64,000 nucleotides of DNA from Eledone cirrhosa (Eukaryota): NCBI GenBank assembly GCA_964016885.1, contig OZ024764.1:17918001-17982000 (forward strand), read 5' to 3'. Below are positions 57,401 to 64,000 of the stretch, piece by piece. A program made the position numbers and the translations under genes. How positions within the stretch are numbered: the stretch's first letter is position 1; the number at the start of each line of letters is the position of its first letter. The notes under the pieces are model-generated. The model was not told where the DNA came from, did no database searches, and saw only the letters and a program-made list of their open reading frames with translations.

Positions 57401-60400
57401 GGTATTAGTAGAGTATATGCCATATATAATGCAGAAATGGCTTCTAAATGCAGGGAACTCATTAATTCGATGGAAATATTAGTGTATATGCCATATTTAA
57501 TAACAGAAATGGGTTCTAAAGACAAGAACTCCTTTAATTCCAAACAAATAGTAGTGTATATGCAATAATTAATGCAGAAATGGCTTCTACAAGAGTAAAA
57601 CTCATAATATGAGGGATATTATTAGAGTATATGCCATATTTAATATGGAAATGGCTTCTAAATGCAGGGAACTCATTAATTCGATGGAAATATAGTGTAT
57701 ATGCAATATTTAATACAGATACGGCTTCTACAGGACTAAAACTAATTAATATGATGGGTATTAGTAGAGTATATGCCATATTTAATACAGAAATGCTTCT
57801 AAATGCATAAAACTCATTTATTCGATGGAAATAGTAGTGTATATGCAATAATTAAGGCAGAAATGACTTCTACAAGAGTAAAACTCATTAATATGAGGGG
57901 TATTAGTAGAGTATATGCCATATATAATGCAGAATGGCTTCTAAATGCAGGGAACTCATTAATTCGATGGAAATATTAGTGTATATGCCATATTTAATAC
58001 AGAAATGGGTTCTAAAGACAAGAACTCCTTTAATTCCAACAAAAGTAGTGTATGTGCAATAATTAATGCAGAAATGGCTTCTACAAGAGTAAAACTCATT
58101 AATATGAGGGATATTAGTAGAGTATATGCCATATTTAATATGGAAATGGCTTCTAAATGCAGGGAACTCATTAATTCGATGGAAATATTAGTGTATATGC
58201 AATATTTAATACAGATATGGCTTTTACAGGACTAATACTCATTCATATGAGGGGTATTAGTAGAGTATATGCCATATATAATACAGAAATGGCTTCTAAA
58301 TGCAGGGAACTCATTAATTCGATGGAAATAGTAGTGTATATGCAATATTTAATAGAGATACGGCTTCTACAGGACTAAAACTCATTAATATGATGGGTAT
58401 TAGTAGAGTATATGCCATATTTAATACAGAAATGGCTTCTAAATGCATAAAACTTATTTATTCGATGGAAATAGTAGTGTATATGCAATAATTAATGCAG
58501 AAATGGCTTCTACAAAGAGTAAAACTCATAAATATGAGGGATATTAGTAGAGTATATGCCATATTTAATATGGAAATGGCTTCTAAATGCAGGGAACTCA
58601 TTAATCCGATATGGAAATAGTAGTGTATATGCAATATTTAATACAGATATGGCTTCTACAGGACTAAAACTCATTAATATGAGGGGTATTAGTAGATTAT
58701 ATGCCATATTTACTATGGAAATGGCTTCTAAATGCAGGGAACTCATTAATTCGATGGAAATATTAGTGTATATGCAATAGTTAAGGCAGAAATGACTTCT
58801 ACAAGAGTAAAACTCATTATAATAGGGGTATTAGTAGAGTATATGCCATATATAATGCAGAAATGGCTTCTAAATGCAGGGAACTCATTAATTCGATGGA
58901 AATAGTAGTGTATATCCAATATTTAATAGAGATACGGCTTCTACAGGACTAAAACTCATTAATATGATGGGTATTAGTAGAGTATATGCCATATTTAATA
59001 CTGAAATGGCTTCTAAATGCATAAAACTCATTAATTCGATGGAAATATTAGTGTATATGCAATATTTAAGGCAGAAATGACTTCTACAAGAGTAAAACTC
59101 ATTAATATGAGGGGTATTAGTAGAGTATATGCCATATATAATGCAGAAATGGCTTCTAAATACAGGGAACTCATTAATTCGATGGAATTATTAGTGTATA
59201 TGCCATATTTAATACAGAAATGGGTTCTAAAGGACTAGAACTCTTTAATTCCCATCAAATAGTAGTGTATATGCAATATTTAATACAGAAATGGCTTCTA
59301 CAGGACTAAAACTCATTAATATGAGGGTTATTAGTAGAGTATATGCCATATTTAATATGGAAATGGCTTCTAAATGCAGGGAACTCATTAATTCGATGGA
59401 AATAGTAGTGTATATGCAATATTTAATACAGATATGGCTTCTACAGGACTAAAACTCATTAATATGAGGGGTATTAGTAGATTATATGCCATATTTACTA
59501 TGGAAATGGCTTCTGAATGCATAAAACTCATTTATTCGATGGAAATAGTAGTGTATATGCAATAATTAAGGCAGAAATGACTTCTACAAGAGAAAAACTC
59601 ATTAATATGAGGGGTATTAGTAGAGTATATGCCATATATAATGCAGAAATGGCTTCTAAATGCAGGGAACTCATTAATTCGATGGAAATATTAGTGTATA
59701 TGCCATATTTAATACAGAAATGGGTTCTAAAGACAAGAACTCCTTTAATTCCAATCAAATAGTACTGTATATGCAATAATTAATGCAGAAATGGCTTCTA
59801 CAAGAGTAAAACACATAAATATGAGGGATATTAGTAGAGTATATGCCATATTTAATATGGAAATGGCTTCTAAATGCAGGGAACTCATTAATGCGATGGA
59901 AATATTAGTGTATATGCCATATTTAATACAGAAATGGGTTCTAAAGACAAGAACTCCTTTAATTCCCATCAAATAGTAGTGTATATGCAATATTTAATAC
60001 AGAATTGGCTTCTACAGGACTAAAAGTCATTAATATGAGGGTTATTAGTAGAGTATATGCCATATTTAATACAGAAATGGCTTCTAAATGCATAAAACTC
60101 ATTTATTCGATGGAAATATTAGTGTATATGCAATAATTAAGGCAGAAATGACTTCTACAAGAGTAAAACTCATTAATATGAGGGGTATTAGTAGAGTATA
60201 TGCCATATATAATGCAGAAATGGCTTCTAGATGCAGGGAACTCATTAATTCGAAGGAAATATTAGTGTATATGCCATACTTAATACAAAAATGGGTTCTA
60301 AAGACAAGAACTCCTTTAATTCCAATCAAATAGTAGTGTATTTGCAATATTTAATACAGGAATGGCTTCTACAGCACTAACACTCATTAATATGAGGGTT

Positions 60401-63400
60401 ATTAGTAGAGTATATGCCATATTTAATACAGAAATGGCTTCTAAATGCAGAAAACTCATTTATTCGATGGAGATAGTAGTCTATATGCAATAATTAAGGC
60501 AGAAATGACTTCTACAAGAGTAAAACTCATTAATATGAGGGGTATTAGTAGAGTATATGCCATATATAATGCAGAAATGGCTTCTAAATGCAGGGAACTC
60601 ATTAATTCGATGGAAATATTAGTGTATATGCAATATTTAATACCGAAATGGGTTCTAAAGACAAGAACTCCTTTAATTCCAATCAAATAGTAGTGTATAT
60701 GCAATAATTAATGCAGAAATGGCTTCTACAAGAGTAAAACTCATAAATATGAGGGATATTAATAGAGTATAGGCCATATTTAATATGGAAATGGCTTCTA
60801 AATGCAGGGAACTAATTAATTCGATGGAAATATTAGTGTATATGCCATATTTAATACAGAAATGGGTTCTACAGGACTAAAACTCATTCATATGAGGGGT
60901 ATTGGTAGAGTATATGCCATATATAATACAGAAATGGCTTCTACAAGAGTAAAACTCATAAATATGAGGGATATTAGTAGAGTATATGCCATATTTAATA
61001 TGGAAATGGCTTCTAAATGCAGGGAACTCATTAATTCGATGGAAATAGTAGTGTATATGCAATATTTAATACAGATATGGCTTCTACAGGACTAAAACTC
61101 ATTAATATGAGGGGTATTAGTAGATTATATGCCATATTTACTATGGAAATGGCTTCTAAATGCAGGGAACTCATTAATTCGATGGAAATATTAGTGTATA
61201 TGCAATATTTAATACAGATATGGCTTCTACAAGACTAATACTCATTCATATGAGGGGTATTAGTAGAGTATATATGCCATATATAATGCAGAAATGGCTT
61301 CTAAATGCAGGGAACTATTTAATTCGATGGAAATATTAGTGTATATGCCATATTTAATACAGAAATGGGTTCTAAAGACAAGAACTCCTTTAATTCCAAT
61401 CAAATAGTAGTGTATATGCAATATTTAATACAGAAATGGCTTCTACAGGACTAATACTCATTAATATGAGGGGTATGAGTAGAATATATGCCATATTTAA
61501 TATGGAAATGGCTTCTAAATGCAGGGAACTCATTAATTCGATGGAAATAGTAGTGTATATGCAATATTTAATACAGATATGGCTTCTACAGGACTAAAAC
61601 TCATTAATATGAGGGGTATTAGTAGAGTATATGCCATATATAATGCAGAAATGGCTTCTAGATGCAGGGAACTCATTAATTCGATGGAAATATTAGTGTA
61701 TATGCCATATTTAATACAGAAATGGGTTCTAAAGACAAGAACTCCTTTAATTCCAATCAAATATTAGTATATATGCAATAATTAATGCCGAAATGGCTTC
61801 TAGAAGAGTAAAACTCATAAATATGAGGGATATTAGTAGAGTATATGCCATATTTAATATAGAAATGGCTTCTAAATGCAGGGAACTCATTAATTCGATG
61901 GAAATAGTAGTGTATATGCAATATTTAATACAGATATGGCTTCTACAGGACTAAAACTCATTAATATGAGGGGTATTAGTAGAGTAGATGCCATATATAA
62001 TGCAGAAATGGCTTCTAAATGCAGGGAACTCATTAATTCGATGGAAATAGTAGTGTATATGCAATATTTAATAGAGATACGGCTTCTACAGGACTAAAAC
62101 TCATTAATATGATGGGTATTAGTAGAGTATATACCATATTTAATACAGAAATGGCTTCTAAATGCATAAAACTCATTTATTCGATGGAAATAGTAGTGTA
62201 TATGCAATAATTAAGGCAGAAATGACTTCTACAAGAGTAAAACTCATTAATATGAGGGATATTAGTAGAGTATATGCCATATATAATGCAGAAATGGCTT
62301 CTAAATGCAGGGAACTCATTAATTCGATGGAAATATTAGTGTATATGCCATATTTAATACAGAAATGGGTTCTAAAGACAAGAACTCCTTTAATTCCAAT
62401 CAAATAGTAGTGTATATGCAATAATTAATGCAGAAATGGCTTCTACAAGAGTAAAACTCATAAATATGAGGGATGTTAGTAGAGTATAGGCCATATTTAA
62501 TATGGAAATGGCTTCTAAATGCAGGGAACTCATTAATTCGATGGAAATATTAGTGTATATGCCATATTTAATACAGATATGGATTCTACAGGACTAAAAC
62601 TCATTAATATGAGGGGTATTAGTAGAGTATATGCCATATATAATACTGAAATGGATTCTAAATGCAGGGAACTCAGTAATTCGATGGAAATAGTAGTGTA
62701 TATCCAATATTTAATAGAGATATGGCTTCTACAGGATTAAACTCATTAATATGATGGGTATTAGTAGATTATAGGCCATATTTAATACAGAAATGGGTTC
62801 AAAAGGACTAGACCTCTTTAATTCCCATCAAATAGTAGTGTATATGCAATATTTAATAGAGATACGGCTTCTACAGGACTAAAACTCATTAATATGATGG
62901 GTATTAGTAGAGTATATGCCATATATAATACAGAAATGGCTTCTAAATGCAGAAAACTCATTTATTCGATGGAAATATTAGTGTATATGCAATAATGCAA
63001 TAATTAAGGCAGAAATGACTTCTACAAGAGTAAAACCCATTAATATGAGGGGTATTAGTAGAGTATATGCCATATATAATGCAGAAATGGCTTCTAAATG
63101 CAGGGAACTCATTAATTCGATGGAAATATTAGTGTATATGCCATATTTAATACAGAAATGGCTTCTAAAGACAAGAACTCCTTTAATTCCAATCAAATAG
63201 TAGTGTATATGCAATAATTAATGCAGAAATGGCTTCTAAAAGAGTAAAACTCATAAATATGAGGGATATTAGTAGAGTATATGCCATATTTAATATGGAA
63301 ATGGCTTCTAAATGCAGGGAACTCATTAATTCGATGGAAATATTAGTGTATATGCAATATTTAATACAGATATGTCTTCTACAGGAATAATACTCATTCA

Positions 63401-64000
63401 TATGAGGGGTATTAGTAGAGTATATGCCATATATAATACAGAAATGGCTTCTAAATGCAGGGAACTCATTAATTCGATGGAAATATTAGTGTATATGCCA
63501 TATTTAATACAGATATGGCTTCTACAGGACTAAAACTCATTAATATGAGTGGTATTAGTAGAGTATATGCCATATATAATACAGAAATGGGTTCTAAAGG
63601 ACTAGACCTCTTTAATTCCCATCAAATAGTGGTGTAAATGCAATATTTAATACAGGAATGGCTTCTACAGGACTAAAACTCATTAATATGAGGGTTACTA
63701 GTAGAGTATATGCCATATTTAATACAGAAATGGCTTCTAAATGCAGGGAACTCATTAATTCGATGGAAATAGTAGTGTATATGCAATAATTAAGGCGGAA
63801 ATGACTTCTACAAGAGTAAAACTCATTAATATGAGGGGTATTAGTAGAGTATATGCCATATATAATGCAGAAATGGCTTCTAAATGCAGGGAACTCATTA
63901 ATTCGATGGAAATATTAGTGTATATGCCATATTTAATACAGAAATGGGTTCTAAAGGACTAGAACTCTTTAATTCCCATCAAATAGTAGTGTATATGCAA
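42449..64000 (+). repeat. Large satellite array of about 300 71/72-bp monomers in three classes with higher-order repeats; runs off the window end
   Basis: Class a (72 bp; ...CTACAGGACTAAAACTCATTAATATGAGGGGTATTAGTAGAG...), class b (71 bp; ...CTAAATGCAGGGAACTCATTAATTCGATGG...), class c (71 bp; ...GGGTTCTAAAGACAAGAACTCCTTTAATTCC...). Marker recurrences at 1071, 5213 and about 7073 bp. Confidence 0.97.

Noticed and set aside
42449-64000. Recurrent 60-100-aa ORFs and a CRISPR-like alternation of constant and variable blocks
   Set aside because: The variable blocks are a few recurring monomer classes rather than unique spacers. There are no cas genes and the context is eukaryotic. The 71/72-bp units shift frame, so the ORFs are incidental.

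Overview
Eukaryotic, repeat-saturated DNA. The (TA)n/(TG)n richness and the SINE families suggest an octopus or other coleoid cephalopod; this is an inference. Only one host coding exon is clearly recognisable: the terminal exon of an RYBP/YAF2 gene (2736-2949, +). The rest of 1-42.2 kb is microsatellite interleaved with tRNA-derived SINEs, truncated LINEs (two Dong/R4-like, two Tx1/L1-like, two RTE-like), two piggyBac-type MITEs and several minisatellites. After a 200-N gap, 42449-64000 is a 71/72-bp satellite with higher-order structure. Two signals stand out. (1) At least seven short fold-back elements from three families sit mostly in (TA)n tracts and share one architecture: a unique tail plus an inverted repeat. 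They carry hammerhead-ribozyme motifs, and one family has a complete type I hammerhead in both arms, consistent with Penelope-like retroelements. (2) The monomer of the 21.5-kb satellite aligns to the tail of these elements, and nearly every other larger-unit tandem array here also traces to a specific transposon segment. Almost all ORF-track entries (poly-YI, poly-H/T/V, satellite ORFs) are repeat artefacts.
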